A stretch of DNA of 61,542 nucleotides, counting the filler, from Jimgerdemannia flammicorona (lineage: Eukaryota): the NCBI GenBank assembly GCA_003990765.1. It is 3 parts of 3 records of this genome, joined end to end, with 100 filler letters (N's around TTAATTAATTAA, not from the genome) between each part and the next. Parts side by side here need not be neighbours in the genome. Positions count along the whole stretch, not along the records: positions 20,553 to 41,000 come from RBNJ01001682.1; positions 41,101 to 61,542 come from RBNJ01001683.1; 1 more part is not named here. One strand, 5' to 3'. The notes under the pieces are model-generated. The model was not told the DNA's origin and did no database searches. It saw only the letters and a list, made by a program, of their open reading frames with translations. Both the position numbers and the translations under genes were made by a program. Shown one piece after another: positions 36,605-49,253 of the stretch. How positions within the stretch are numbered: position 1 is the stretch's first letter; the number at the start of each line of letters is the position of its first letter.

Positions 36605-38374
36605 CAAACTCTGAATGACCAAAGACCCTAATCATTCTAACTTATAGATGAGAGACTATGAATGAGTTTACCTAGACAATATCACTATTAAGAAAATATT
36701 AGAAGAGTTTTATAAGATTCAAAGAGATTAGAAAAAAATAACATTTTGAAAACATTTTAGAAAACCATAAATTGACTGGTGAAAAACAAAAACTGTGAAA
36801 GAAATTAAAGCATTTTAATGAACAAGATAAATATTTAGAGAAAAAAGTTGTAGAATTTTTATCAACTTAATATAAAGAAGAAGAGAAAGAAAGACTATTA
36901 AAATAAAGAATAATTAAAGGAATTAATAAGTAAAGTTAAGATAGATGCTAAATCTTATTCTGATGTAGTAAATATAGCTAAATAGTAGAAAGACTTAAAA
37001 GTAACAGATTTGAATAAGAAAATCAGAGATAAGTTAAAAATTATTCAGAAATCTTATATAATAATTGAAAATTAAGAAAGAGAAATCTAAAAATTATAAG
37101 AGAAAATATATATGAGATAATTCAAAATTATTGAGAAAAGTGAGGAAAACAATTTAAACTTAAGAAATATTACTTAATTTATCTAAGAAATCAAACAAAT
37201 TTCAATAACTGAAAATAAAATAAAAAGTAAGATTTCCCAATTATCAGAAAAGGTTAAATCTTAAACTTAAAAATAATTACTTAGATAGAAATTAAGTAAT
37301 ATGAAAGAACTACTTTATATAGTTAGATACAACCTGTGATTTGCCCCAACTTCAACAAGAGAAATAAAGTAGTTTGCCAAATCAGAACTTGCAATAAAGT
37401 AAGTTATAAATAGTTAATAATACTTATGCCTGTAAAAGATACAAGGAAATTTTTGAAAATGATGAATTACCTAAATGTGAGAAGTGTTGACAGCTAAAAA
37501 TAAATGAGTTTCATTATAATTATTCTGAAAATATAAAAAAAAAAAAAAAATTATTAGTATTATCTTATTAAGAAAGAGCTTTATGGTCAGGTATGGATTT
37601 TCTTTCTACAATTTGGTATTGAAATGCATGAATCTCATCTATAAGGAGGTGCTGAATGAGATATAGAAATCCAATAAAGAATGGGTATGTTGATACTTTA
37701 GAGATTGACTTTATGTAAAATTCAAGCTCTGTTCTTATAGCATAATTGAAATATTCCTCATACTAATTGATGAGAAAATATCTTGGCTGCCAGAAATTTG
37801 CCCATTGCTTGAGAACTTGATGGCCTTTTGAGATGATATTGATATACTGTTCCTTATTACTGACAAAGAAATAGTCTCCAGATATCCATGAACCAAATGT
37901 ATTATATATGATTGAAGTATAGAGTTTCTAACCATACTTGTTTATCTTGTGCATTTAGTCTATAATAACTAAAACACCACTTTGGTGAAGTATTTGTAAG
38001 TTGATGTCCTTTATAGTACTCCAAATAGATGGAGTTGATCTGGATGAGATTTGATTCAGATTCATCATATAATAGATTAAAATCAACTTAGATTGGTCTT
38101 GTGATCTGATCTAGATTGATCCAGATTGATCCAGATTGATCCATCTAGATTGATTCATCCAGATAATCCATCTGGATTGATCTAAATTGATCGATCTAGA
38201 TTGATCTATTCAGATTGAAATCTTTAGTGATATCACTCTTTCTTTTATTCATTTTGCTCTTGTTTTTTTTTTCCAGCTGCACTTTGGTAACATCACTCTT
38301 TTCTTTTGTTCTCTCTCTTTTCTTTGTTCTTTTTCTTTATTCTTTCCTGCCACATTACAAGCAAACAAAACAGT

Positions 38375-40281
38375 AGATTCTTCTCATATAGGCAGTACAC
38401 AAGCTGCTCATCGAGAGCCAAAGGAGCAATAGTAGTAGTAATAGTGATGGCAATAGTGATGACAATGGCAGAGATGAGGGTGAATTCCAGCAACAACTCA
38501 TGGCAGTCCTTTGGACCTCAGAATTCACAGACCTCACAGCTATATATATGGTAGTCTTTTTGGAGTAGCCAGTAGTAGATGTAGGTTGCTCTTTTCTGCT
38601 ACTACTTTTTACTTGTTTAAATTCCCCCAGCACAATCTGATTCACCTCATGCTCTTCTTAGGGTCCACAGCTCTATGGTGAGATCTGCTGACTTTATTCG
38701 CAACATCTGGTCAAGATGAAGCAAGGTTGGAGGACATTGCAGGGCATGCCTTTGGTGGCTGAGCTGTTGAGTCAATATATCATATGGCAGAGGTCTCAAA
38801 AGGAATAGAAGTAAGTCTTTGTGAGCAATCTTGTGCAACTCATGCAACTTATCAGCATGCAACTTGTCAGCATACAGCTCACTCACTCACTCATGCTCTT
38901 TTTCTGAAATACCCATCTCTGTGTTTTATTTAATTTCATTTTTTACATGGTCTCTCTCTAAAAAACACCCACACCTATATGCAATCTGTCTGCATACTTA
39001 TCTCGGTCCCTCAGATCAGGGCTCAGTTCCATTGGAAAGAAGAGTTCAAAGTTATCTAAGTTCAACCATATCTGGCATCTGATCAAATAGAGTAATTCAA
39101 GGGCAAGATATTTAGCATGAGCAGTACCAGCATCATTATCAAGGCTTGGGAGTCTACATTCAAATTAGAGCCAATTGTTCTCAACCAAGGAGTCCATTGG
39201 CCAGCAGGAGTAACCAATGATGAAGATAACTATATCATTATTAATGAATGTGGAGAGGTGGTTTCAATGGTGATAAGGAATCTCTACAGTAATGAGCTTT
39301 GCTGCCACATTAATGAGATTTGTGAGGATTGCATCAAATACCAGATGGCAGGAAAGAGGAGGTGAAAAAAGCAAGGAGGGGGAGTTTGGACAGGAATTGG
39401 GTATACTGCAACACTGGTGAAGGGTGGGTTCTAGAGTTCCAAAATCCCCCACACTCATCTCTCTTTTTTTTTTCTCCTCTCCAGATAAATCACACTCTTC
39501 ACTGACATACTCTTTTTGATACAATTCCAGGGATGCACAAGATTCTGTACCCCTACTGAAACTTTAGAAGTGCTGTTGAAGAGCAAACTGCATATGAGTA
39601 TGACATGGTCTGTGTGGTGATAGCAGCTATGATCTGGGGTTCTTTGAGCAGATTGGTAGAGCATATGGCAGGCCAGCTTGATGGTGATCTTGGTATGGCT
39701 GTATGTACATTCTTAGTGCAATTTAGCATACTATATGAGGTAAGGAGCTCTGCTTTTTTGAGGTGCTGCAGCCTGGGGGGTTTCTGCAGCCTGGGGGGTT
39801 TCTGCAGTCCAGGGGATTTCTATCTCTCCACATGCAAAAAGGACTGACCAGTTACCATCCATTTTGGTAGATTTCTAAGCCAGGGCTCCTGGGGCTGGAC
39901 TAAGAGCAGGCATTTACCAGCACAGCCTGGTAGTATGAGATCTTGGGCCAAGGGTTCACCCAACCATACACTCATGTCACATCAGGATATGTCAGGTGCA
40001 ATGTTTCTCTGCCCACACACACAGACAACAATGTCACTCTGGTAATGTTTTATATCCTGGAAAGGAAGGGCCCAACCTAGGAGGATAGCAGAAGAGTCTG
40101 ATATGACCTCACCTATGGTTTCAGGGTCCCATTTGTGGTCAACATGGCCATCCTCTTCCAACCACATAACCACTATAGTACCATCACCTTCAAGGAGAGC
40201 TTGGATACAACAGTCATTACACTCACAACAGATGATAGGCTCATCAAGGCCTGGAACTGGTGGGTGGAGTAGTTTTTATAA
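38375..40281 (+). pseudogene. hAT cargo gene copy 2 (putative TET/JBP-like dioxygenase fold), decayed
   Basis: Probable exons ~38375-38580, ~38662-38810, 39015-39423, 39485-39739 and 39871-40281, with GT..AG ends and a CTGAC branch site (39844). HTD encoded at 40018-40026. Confidence 0.55.
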
Positions 40282-40920
40282 GGGTTAGACAATCTTTCAT
40301 GAGGGATAGGCAGTCTTTCATGAGAGTTAGGTAGTTATTTTGTGTGGGTTGGGCAGTCTTATGTGGGGGGTTGGACTGGATACCTCTTCTGTAGCACTAG
40401 CTTAGCTATTATGCAGGGCTCTACCAGCCCCTTGGCTCTGCTCTGCAGTGCCACCAGTACAGTGCTGTGGTGTAGGGCCAGGGTGCCCATGGGACCTGAA
40501 CTGGTGATGGGGCTCGAATCTGTAGTAGACTTCAACCATCGGAAGTACCCTCTGACTGCCAGAAATACCCTCTGACCACCAGAAGCACTATCCAACTACC
40601 AGAAGTACCCTCTGACTGCCAGAAGCAGCCTCTGCCCTGGACTCCTTAGTGGCTTGGGGCTGCCCCTATACTGCTGGTAGAGGGCCATAAATTTTGTATG
40701 CTCCCTCCACCTGCTCTGCCCATCCCAGACACTTGTGGCTTGGGACTGCCCCTTGCTGCTGGCAGAAGACTGCAAATTTTGTGCACTCCCTCTGCTGACC
40801 CCATGCCCACCAATCCTACCAACTGACCCTGCCTGCTGATCTGGGTGCTGATAGCTTGGGGCTGCCTCTCACTACTAGTAGAGGGCCACAAATTTTGCAC
40901 ACTCCCTCCACCTACCCCCC

Positions 40921-41000
40921 CCTCCACCAACCTTCCCTCTGCCAATCCCCCCTCTGCCAACCCTCCCTCTGCCAACCCCCTCTCTGCCAACTCTCCCTCT
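40921..41000 (+). repeat. 15-bp tandem repeat (CCTCTGCCAAYCCCC) running into the gap
   Basis: About five direct units. Confidence 0.85.
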
Positions 41001-41100
41001 NNNNNNNNNNNNNNNNNNNNNNNNNNNNNNNNNNNNNNNNNNNNTTAATTAATTAANNNNNNNNNNNNNNNNNNNNNNNNNNNNNNNNNNNNNNNNNNNN
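41001..41100. other. Artificial contig spacer (N44-TTAATTAATTAA-N44)
   Basis: Identical to 20453-20552. Confidence 0.97.
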
Positions 41101-44100
41101 AAACCCTTGTGGTACCCCCCACCCAAACCCCAACTCCACCACCAGCTATTTAAAATGTCCAACAGCAACCATTCCCACCGTATCACCTTTTCACCAACCC
41201 CAATCCGACGCCCGTCCTCAAATACATGCACCCAATGCCCCGCCAACCCAACCCACATGGCCAAGGCCCAACCAAGGGTCAGCCATTCATCCCCGACCCC
41301 ACCCACCAATTGCAGGCGAAGCTCTCCCCATCTCCCCTCTCCCTCCCCTCCCCCAGCCCCCAACCCTAACCTGTCTATTATACATCTCCAGAACTCCCCC
41401 AAAACCTCACACTTGCCAAGCCAATGTTCAGGCATTTGTACCACTCCTCCCTCCTGACCAACATTGAAGCAATCCTCGCACTCGAATACTCCACCATCCA
41501 CCAAGTGACCAGATCGATAGTTCAGCATCACATTCCACCGCAGGATCTGCCACCACACCAACCAGAACTTGGGGGGCAGCCACTGCCTCACCCTTTTGCT
41601 CCAAAGCCAGAGCCCATTCCAATCCCACTCTTCCCCGATTCCAACCCTCTGCCAGGCTTCAGGCCACAGGTCTCCACCTAGGCCTCACAGACACTCCAGA
41701 CCCTCGCCAAGCTGAAAGTCCTCCACTGGAACACCACCCAAAAGAAGCCTATCTCATCTCCACATCTGCAGTCCCCAAACCTCCTTGGCCTCATCACCTT
41801 GCCACCGAAGGCCGATTTTCCTAGCTCCATCCACTGCTCCCCACTAAAAGCCTGTAAACTGCATCCTCTGGCTCCCATCCATGGCCACCATTGCAAGCAG
41901 GTCGCTGGAGCCACCACGTGGGGAGTATCGAACCTCCCACAATCTCTGCATGAGTGGCACCCACTCCCGACCTCTAAGCTCACTTGCCCTCCTTAGCCAC
42001 CAGGCCCTCAGACACAAAAGCTGCTTAGTAAAGTCCACTAAGCCCAGTCCACCTCTTTCCAAGAGCAGTGTGAGCACCTCCCAACCAACCTGGCTCTGCC
42101 ACCCTCCCCAAATCCATGACCTCGCCATCTTCAACAACCCCTTAACCACCTATGGTGGGAAATCCAAATAATATCCAACATACCACAGCTTTGGCATCTA
42201 GTACACATTCAACACCATCACCCTTCCGGCAAGGGACATATGCCGACCTCCCCACCGTATCAAGACATCACCCCACTCCAGCAGTTTATGGTCCCACCAT
42301 GCCTGGGGAAGAAGAGATCCGAATACCGAGAAGTAGATTCCCAAGTAACGCACTGATTCACCAGCTGGAACCACCATCCCAATAACATCACCTCCTACAA
42401 TTCCAGCACCCAGTACCAGCATCTTGCATTTGTGCCAGTTCAGTTTAGCACCAGAACCCTGCTCATACCATTCTACTGTCCTCTGCAACTCCCCAACATC
42501 CCCCAAGGAACCCAGTCTGACCACCATGTTATCGGCAAAGGCCCCCACCTTCCAGTTTACCCCCAAAATGTCCAAACCTCCAATCTTATGCTGAATCCTG
42601 TCCAGTAGTGGCTCTAGGGAAAGGGCATACAATATGGGTGACAAGGGGTCCCCTTGTAGCACCCCACGGCCCAGGGAGAAGGTCACCCCCTGGTGGCCAT
42701 TGATGACCAATGCCACCTGACTGTCCTCCAAGAGTCTGATCAATGAACCTCGGAACCCCGGGGGGATACCAATCCACTTCAGCACTCCTTCCAGCCATAT
42801 TCTCCACACTCTATCATAAGCCTTCTCCTGGTCCAGAAACACCAATCTGCCATCCACCTCTGTAGCCCAGGCCCCCTCAATCACTCCATGAACCCAGGCC
42901 ATCCCATCGCGAATCAACTGACTACTGACAAACCCACGTTGCTCCAAACCAAGCACTTGCTGTGCAATCCCTTGCAACCGCAACACCAAGATTTTCGTCA
43001 CCAGTTTGCGGTCCATGTCCAGAAGCATGATCGGCCGCCAGTTCTTCCAATCCTCCTTCCTGCCCTTGTTCTTATATAGCAAGGAGACCAGCCCCAAACA
43101 CTGACCCCCAATCCAGGCACCAGACCAAAGAACTTCATCGCACATAGCCATCATTTCCTCTAGTACCTCATGCACCCCTGTCATCTTCTGCCAAAAATCC
43201 CAGGGGAGTCCATCTTCTCCCGGGGCTGTCTCTTTACTCATAGAGGCCACCACCTTGCAAATCTCCTCGCCGCTCACTGGGTCCCCCAATGCCCCAAGTC
43301 CCATGGCAGGGTCTGGGTGCCAATCCCCCAGCTGCCTGTCAATGTCCTGAGCATCCAGTCCCCCTTCATCCTCACTCCAGAGGTTCCCCCACTGGGAACA
43401 CAATAGGCCCAAAATCGCCGGAGTCCCCACCACCAGCTTGCCATTCTCATCCAAAACTCCCTCCCACCACTGTCTCATTTGTCATGCTTGTAACAACCAC
43501 GACAAGAACCTGGTAGATCTCTCCCCTTCCTCTAGCCCCTGCCAGCGCAAGCGGGCCACCATCCCCTGCAACTGCTCCTCTTCCTCCCTCCATAGTACCC
43601 CTTTGAGCTCCTCCACCTCCTGCCAGATCCTCACAATATGCCAATCAGTCTCGGCCCTATCCTCCAGCCCACCCACCCATCTCTCCATGAGCACCGCCAA
43701 ATGCCGCGAGGCCCACATTACCCACCGCCTTCGCTGAGCACACTTCTCTTTCCCTGCTTCCCTCCAATACCCCTGAGCCTTCCCCTTCAATCTTCTCCAG
43801 CGGTCCCCAATCACCAGTCCTTGATCCCGCTACCTGCCAATAATGCCAACCACCTCTGCTTTCCAACCCTCTCACAATGCCCTATCCTCCAACAAGGAAG
43901 AATTTAGCCGCCAATGTCCAGGCCCATCCTCATTTCCCCCAAACCTCCCCCCTCCAAGCAACCCCCAGTGATCAGACCATGGACACCATATGACTCCCAG
44001 CACCATCCAGACATCTGCTCCCCAACACTCTGCTGTTAGAACCCAGTCAATCCTAGAGCCCAGTTCTGCTGCCCAATGGGTATACACCTGCCAATCAGCC

Positions 44101-46650
44101 CAAAAATGTCTCCCTGAGTCCACTAAAGAACACAACCTTTCCTTCTCCAACCAGTCCGCCAACCCACCACTTTCACCTCGCATGCCTCTCCCTCCATCAG
44201 TCCTGTCCAACTCCTTATCCTGTACCATGTTGAAGTCCTCTCCCATACAGTCTAACCCAACTTCTCCCAATAAACCAGCCTCTTTCAACCTGCGAATCCA
44301 ATCCACTCTCTCCCCTCTCTCAGCTGGGCAGTAACAAGACCCAACCATCAGCAAGCCCCATCCAGGCCGCTTCCATACTCCCCACACCACCCATGACCCC
44401 CAATGTCCAATGTCCCTAATGTCCCCCATCCCTTTCCAAACAAGAATACCTACTTTCTCCCTCCAAACTGCTGCACCCCCCCATTCCTTAGTCCAATCCT
44501 GTAAATCCACATCTGCATCATACTGAACATCCTGTAACAAGAAGAGGTCTGCATCCAGACCCCGAAGCCAACCAAAGATGTACTTCCTCCTAGCCGCCCC
44601 CCGTAACCCATTAACATTCAATGAGAATATTCTTGTTGTACTGTTCATATTGAATAGATATTGTAAAAGAGACCTCAACCTATAATTCCATGCTCATCTC
44701 ATCCCTCGCCAAGTCCAAGAGCCGCTCAGCTTCCAATTTACCCTCCGCAATATCCCGAGCATCCAGTGCCCCCAAGATTTCCTGACACTCCACTCTGTCC
44801 ACCTCCTCCATATCCACCCTGTAATCCAAGCAGACTGCTCACCACTTCTCTAGTCCCTTCCTCGAGTTCCACAAGACAAGTGCCCGGTCACTCGCAATCC
44901 TTCTAAGCTCCTCCTCTCGCTGATCATCAACCTGATACTCGACCAACTCCAGGAGGACAGCCAGGATCTCATTCCTCATCTTCCTCGGCACCTCTTCCCC
45001 ACATAGAATCTCCTCCCAATGCCTCTCCTCTATCACCCTGAAGTCCTCACCCCCCAGCTCCTCAGCCGCTACCCCTTCCAGGGTCTTCCACATCCACTTC
45101 TCCTCATCTACTGCCTCTGCTGCCCCCTGAGCAATCTGTCCCCCATCCACCTCGGGGTCCACCAGTGTGCTCCTCCTCACTGACTCATTCCACTCCTCAT
45201 CTGGCACATCCATCAGCTCCTCCTCACCTCCTGCCCCATTTGGAACACTATACTGAGGGCACCTACCTTCTCCCATTTCAGCATCTACCTCCAAGTTATC
45301 CTCCCGCCCCTCCCTGACTCCAATCTGAGCCCCACTCTGGGCCATCTCTCCCCCTTCAGCCCAGGCGCTCTCCTGCAACCCTGCAGCCCCTGCCCCGGAG
45401 CTTCCACCAGCCCCACCCCTGCCCAACTTCGCCAACAACTCCTTCTGAATCTTCCTCCCCTGCAACTTCTCTCAGGCCCCCTTCTCCATCTGAACCCTCT
45501 TCCCATCCACCTCCCCCACCACTGTCCTGGTCTCAAACTCCTTCCAGGCTAATCTTCTCCTTGCAACTGCCCCTTCCAGATCCTCCAGAGCCTTCAACAG
45601 ATCCTCCTCCTCCTCCTGAGTCCCCTTCACCCTAGTGACCTTACACTCCACCAGTCCCCACCTCAGCTGCTGGCCAGTCCCTCGACTTCCCTGTATTCTC
45701 CTTTCCAGCCAGTCGCACTCTGACATTGATATCTCCAGTCCTAAGCTCCATGCCCTCCCAGACCTTGAACCCAACATCTACAATCTCGCCATACTCTTTG
45801 ATCGCCTCCACAACCAACTCCCTGGTCCTTTCCTTCGACACCATAGGGAGGTCCAACACTGTCAACTGTACCACCTGGGGGTCCCAGCACATACACCAGG
45901 TCATAGGGACCACAACCCCGCCAACCATCACCCCCTTCTCCATGGCCGCCAACAAGGTGTCCTCCTCCTCAAACCCCACCTCAACCTCTTCCTTTCCCCT
46001 CAAGAACTTCACCGACACCGCTCCCTTAGCCTCCTGCGCCACCAGCTCCAAAATCATTCTTGCCGTCACTGCCAAGCCCCGGAAGCACATCATGACCACG
46101 AATTCCGACCTCGACTTCTTGAGTAACGGGGCCGACACCATACTCGTCACCCCATCCACCAGATCCCTGGGCCTCGTGCCCCCTCCAAGTCTCAAATTGC
46201 TAACTGCCGTCACATCTGGATTTTTTGCCAGATCCCCAGTCACAGCCCCATCAGTAGTCACATCTCCAGTCCCTACTCCGGCCCCTTCCCTACCACCAGA
46301 AGTACCCTGGGGTGTATCTCCCTGACCCCCGGCAGTAGCCATCAATGCCTTCCCTAGTCCCAGCCAACTATCCAGCTCAGAAGCCATCTTCCCCATTCTG
46401 ACCTTGTCAGTAAAGGTCGACCTCTCCCCTCCTCTCTGCCTCAGACCTCCCCTCCCTCCGCTGCTGGGGCCCCAGCTAGCCATCGAGGCCCCTGGCATCC
46501 CCAAACCATCTCCCCTCCTCCCCACCTGCTGCCAGCCAAAGGTGCCGTCACCCCCCTGGCCAGTGTACTCACCAGATCGATCATTGCCATCCATGTTGTT
46601 AGTCGTTGGACACCAAAAACGTTGTAAAAAGTGTTGTCTAAGTCTTGTGT
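41101..46650 (-). mobile_element. Near full-length LINE, subfamily D (3' end in gap), best preserved copy
   Basis: ORF1 at ~46594-44680. ORF2 from 44648 (IFSLNVNGL, LLQDV, GEDFN, RIDW, SDH; NWRPIMLLD, QGDP, AFADN; C-terminal CEDC..EHWLGKC). 5' boundary approximate. Confidence 0.92.
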
Positions 46651-47615
46651 CACCCAAATGTTACTGGTGAAAGTGGATGCTTATAGTATATAGTAATAAT
46701 TCTACTTATAAACACACAACTTCCAAGCCACTGAAATCACATGTTACCTATTGAATAAGCCACCAAAATCACATACAACCTCTAAACAAATCTGGAAATC
46801 ACCTATATAATCATGAAGCTGAGTCAAACTGAAGTCACAGCACACAAAGCTGAGTCAATATGAAGTTACAGAGTACAAGATTTACATAAATAGAATCTTA
46901 CTAATTAGGACTAAATATATATACTGAGCACCAAGATGTGTTAAAACAGAGAACTAAAACAAACAACAACCACAACTTCTGAATATATACAAATATGACC
47001 ACTAAGATCTATAACTACATCCATACTGATATTTGGAATGTCATTGTCAACTGAGCCACACTCCCTCTGCCCCTTATGAATATCCATAGTCTAGTACCTC
47101 TCTACTTCATAAAAGCCCAATGAAATGCTCTAAATATGCTTAATGAAACTTACTAGATCAGACAAATCTCAAGCTACTACCAGATTAACCACCTCCTAGA
47201 AGATATAGTCGAACACCACTATAACACAGACATTACCCAGATGTCTCAACACTAGAAGCTCATTGCCTGCAAACATTGAGAACTCTTCTATAAGTACAGT
47301 ACCTTTATTCTCTATCTCTAAGTTACTACTAGTAAAATGGTCACTACTCTGTCCTATGACCAAATTGATGATATGATCCAAGAACTCAACCATAAGTATC
47401 TCAAATATATTTAGACCACAGACTGAACCTTTCCACACCCCAATAATCATATTCTGCAAATGCCTCAAGTTGGATATATTATGAAAGATATCTACAATAT
47501 AATCCACTTTGATGAAGATGAAGCAGAAGACAATGATTCCTCTGATGCTGACATGACCTCAAGCCAAAGATCTCTATCAACCCTAATCACACCACCAACC
47601 TTACTGATGAACTTA

Positions 47616-49198
47616 CAGTGAGGGCCAAATATGGGCCAATGTAATAAAATTTTTACTTTATAAATTTATTATGATATTTTAACTAATAATAAAGTAATCA
47701 TATATCTTTTAGAAAATATTTAATTTATCTATATTTAGTTAATTAATTATATGGTTATTACTATTTAAAGTTAAATTAATCATTGGCCCATTTTAGGCCC
47801 TCACCATTGTCTTGACGTACTTTATACCATAATTCATTTAATAATAATGCTAAATAAATAAAATTTTTTCCACATATTTATTTGGATATTCTCTCACTGT
47901 TCGCACCATTTTTTTTCAAAAAATTAAAAAACTCTCCACCGATATCTGCAACCGTATTGTCAGGGAATTGAAGTCTGGCAAAACCACCCAAACCGTCGCT
48001 CAACAAATAGGCATTGGCACGAGAACTGTAAAACATATACGAAAGGATGTCAACAACGTCAAGCTTACAAAACGAGGCTGCCCACGTAAGCTTTCTGCTC
48101 GAGATGAGGCATGGGTTGTGCGTCAAATAACGACGGGCAAGGCAGACAATGCTACCCAAGTCGTGAAAGCGCTTCAAGAACATGACGACGACGACGACAT
48201 AACGGGCGTTGACGTTAGCCCTAAGACGATACGCTGAACGCTGCGAAAAGCGGGCCTTCGCGCAATGGTGAAGAAGAAAAAGCCACATTTGCTCCCATGC
48301 CATATTAAAGTGCAGTACGAATTCGCCGTTCGATATAAGGATTGGATGGTTGATGACTGGAAATGGGTTATCTACTCGGACGAGACAAAGATCAACCGTT
48401 TGGGGTCGGACAGACATTCCTGGGCCTGGAAAAAACCGGGAAAAACACTCGAGCCACATCACGTGAGCGGTACCGTCAAATTCGGAGGCGGTTCGGTGAT
48501 GGTTTGGGGATGTATGACGTACCGTGGCGTTGGATATGTATGCCGAATCGTCGATCGGATGAATGCGGAGCTTTACACCAGTATTCTTGATGACGAATTG
48601 CAAGAAACCATTAAGTATTATGGCATAAATCCAAAAAAATTGATATTTCAGCAAGATGGCGATTCCAAGCATACATCTAAGTTGGCGAAGAAATGGTTTT
48701 CTGACCACAAAATTCGTTTGTTACAGTGGCCTGCGCAATCACCAGATCTTAACCCCATTGAACATCTTTGGTGGCATTTGAAGAGAAAGCTGAATTCTTA
48801 TGAGGAAGCACCCAAAGGAATTGAAGAACTTTGAGAGAGAGTGGAAAAAGAATGGGATGATATTTCAGAGGATGTTTGTATTAATTTAATAGATAGTATG
48901 CCAAGGAGAGTTTTAGCTGTCTATAAGGCAAAAGGTGGTTATGTAAAATATTAAATAGCATTAACAAATTGATTTAATAAATGGTGAGGGCCTAAAATGG
49001 ACCAATGATTAATTTAACTTTAAATAGTAATAACCATATAATTAATTAACCAAATATAGATAAATTAAATATTTTCTAAAAGGTATATGATTACTTTATT
49101 ATTAGTTAAAATATCAATTTAATAATATTTATATTTAAATTATAATAAATTTATAAAGTAAAAATTTTATTACATTGGCCCATATTTGGCCCTCACTG
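47616..49198 (+). mobile_element. Tc1/mariner (DD34E) DNA transposon with ~200-bp TIRs
   Basis: TA target duplication (47614-47615, 49199-49200). TIRs 47616-47808 and 48980-49198, beginning CAGTGAGGGCCAAATATGGGCCAATG. Confidence 0.97.
47923..48954 (+). pseudogene. Tc1-like DD34E transposase (343 codons; ATT at the expected start, two premature TGA)
   Basis: RGCPRKLS, YSDET, GGGSVMVWG, FQQDGDSKH, WPAQSPDLNPIEHLW; 34 residues between D and E. Stops at 48235 and 48832 in a single frame. Confidence 0.95.
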
Positions 49199-49253
49199 TA
49201 CAATAGTTCATAACCACATATGAGACTTATTGAGACAATGATCACTAGCATAA

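Larger units (their letters stand above)
38014..41000 (-). mobile_element. Second hAT copy (right end + cargo gene), inverted, runs into the gap
   Basis: TIR TAGTACTCCAAA at 38014; 38014-40910 is the reverse-complement homolog of ~28100-31115. Confidence 0.85.

Noticed and set aside
1..46650. Stop-codon reassignment explaining the many in-frame TGA/TAG/TAA
   Set aside because: Stops differ between copies, all three stop types occur alongside frameshifts, and the host PEX22-like gene reads normally. This is mutational decay.
47878..48708. 276-aa minus-strand ORF
   Set aside because: Antisense shadow of the Tc1 transposase.
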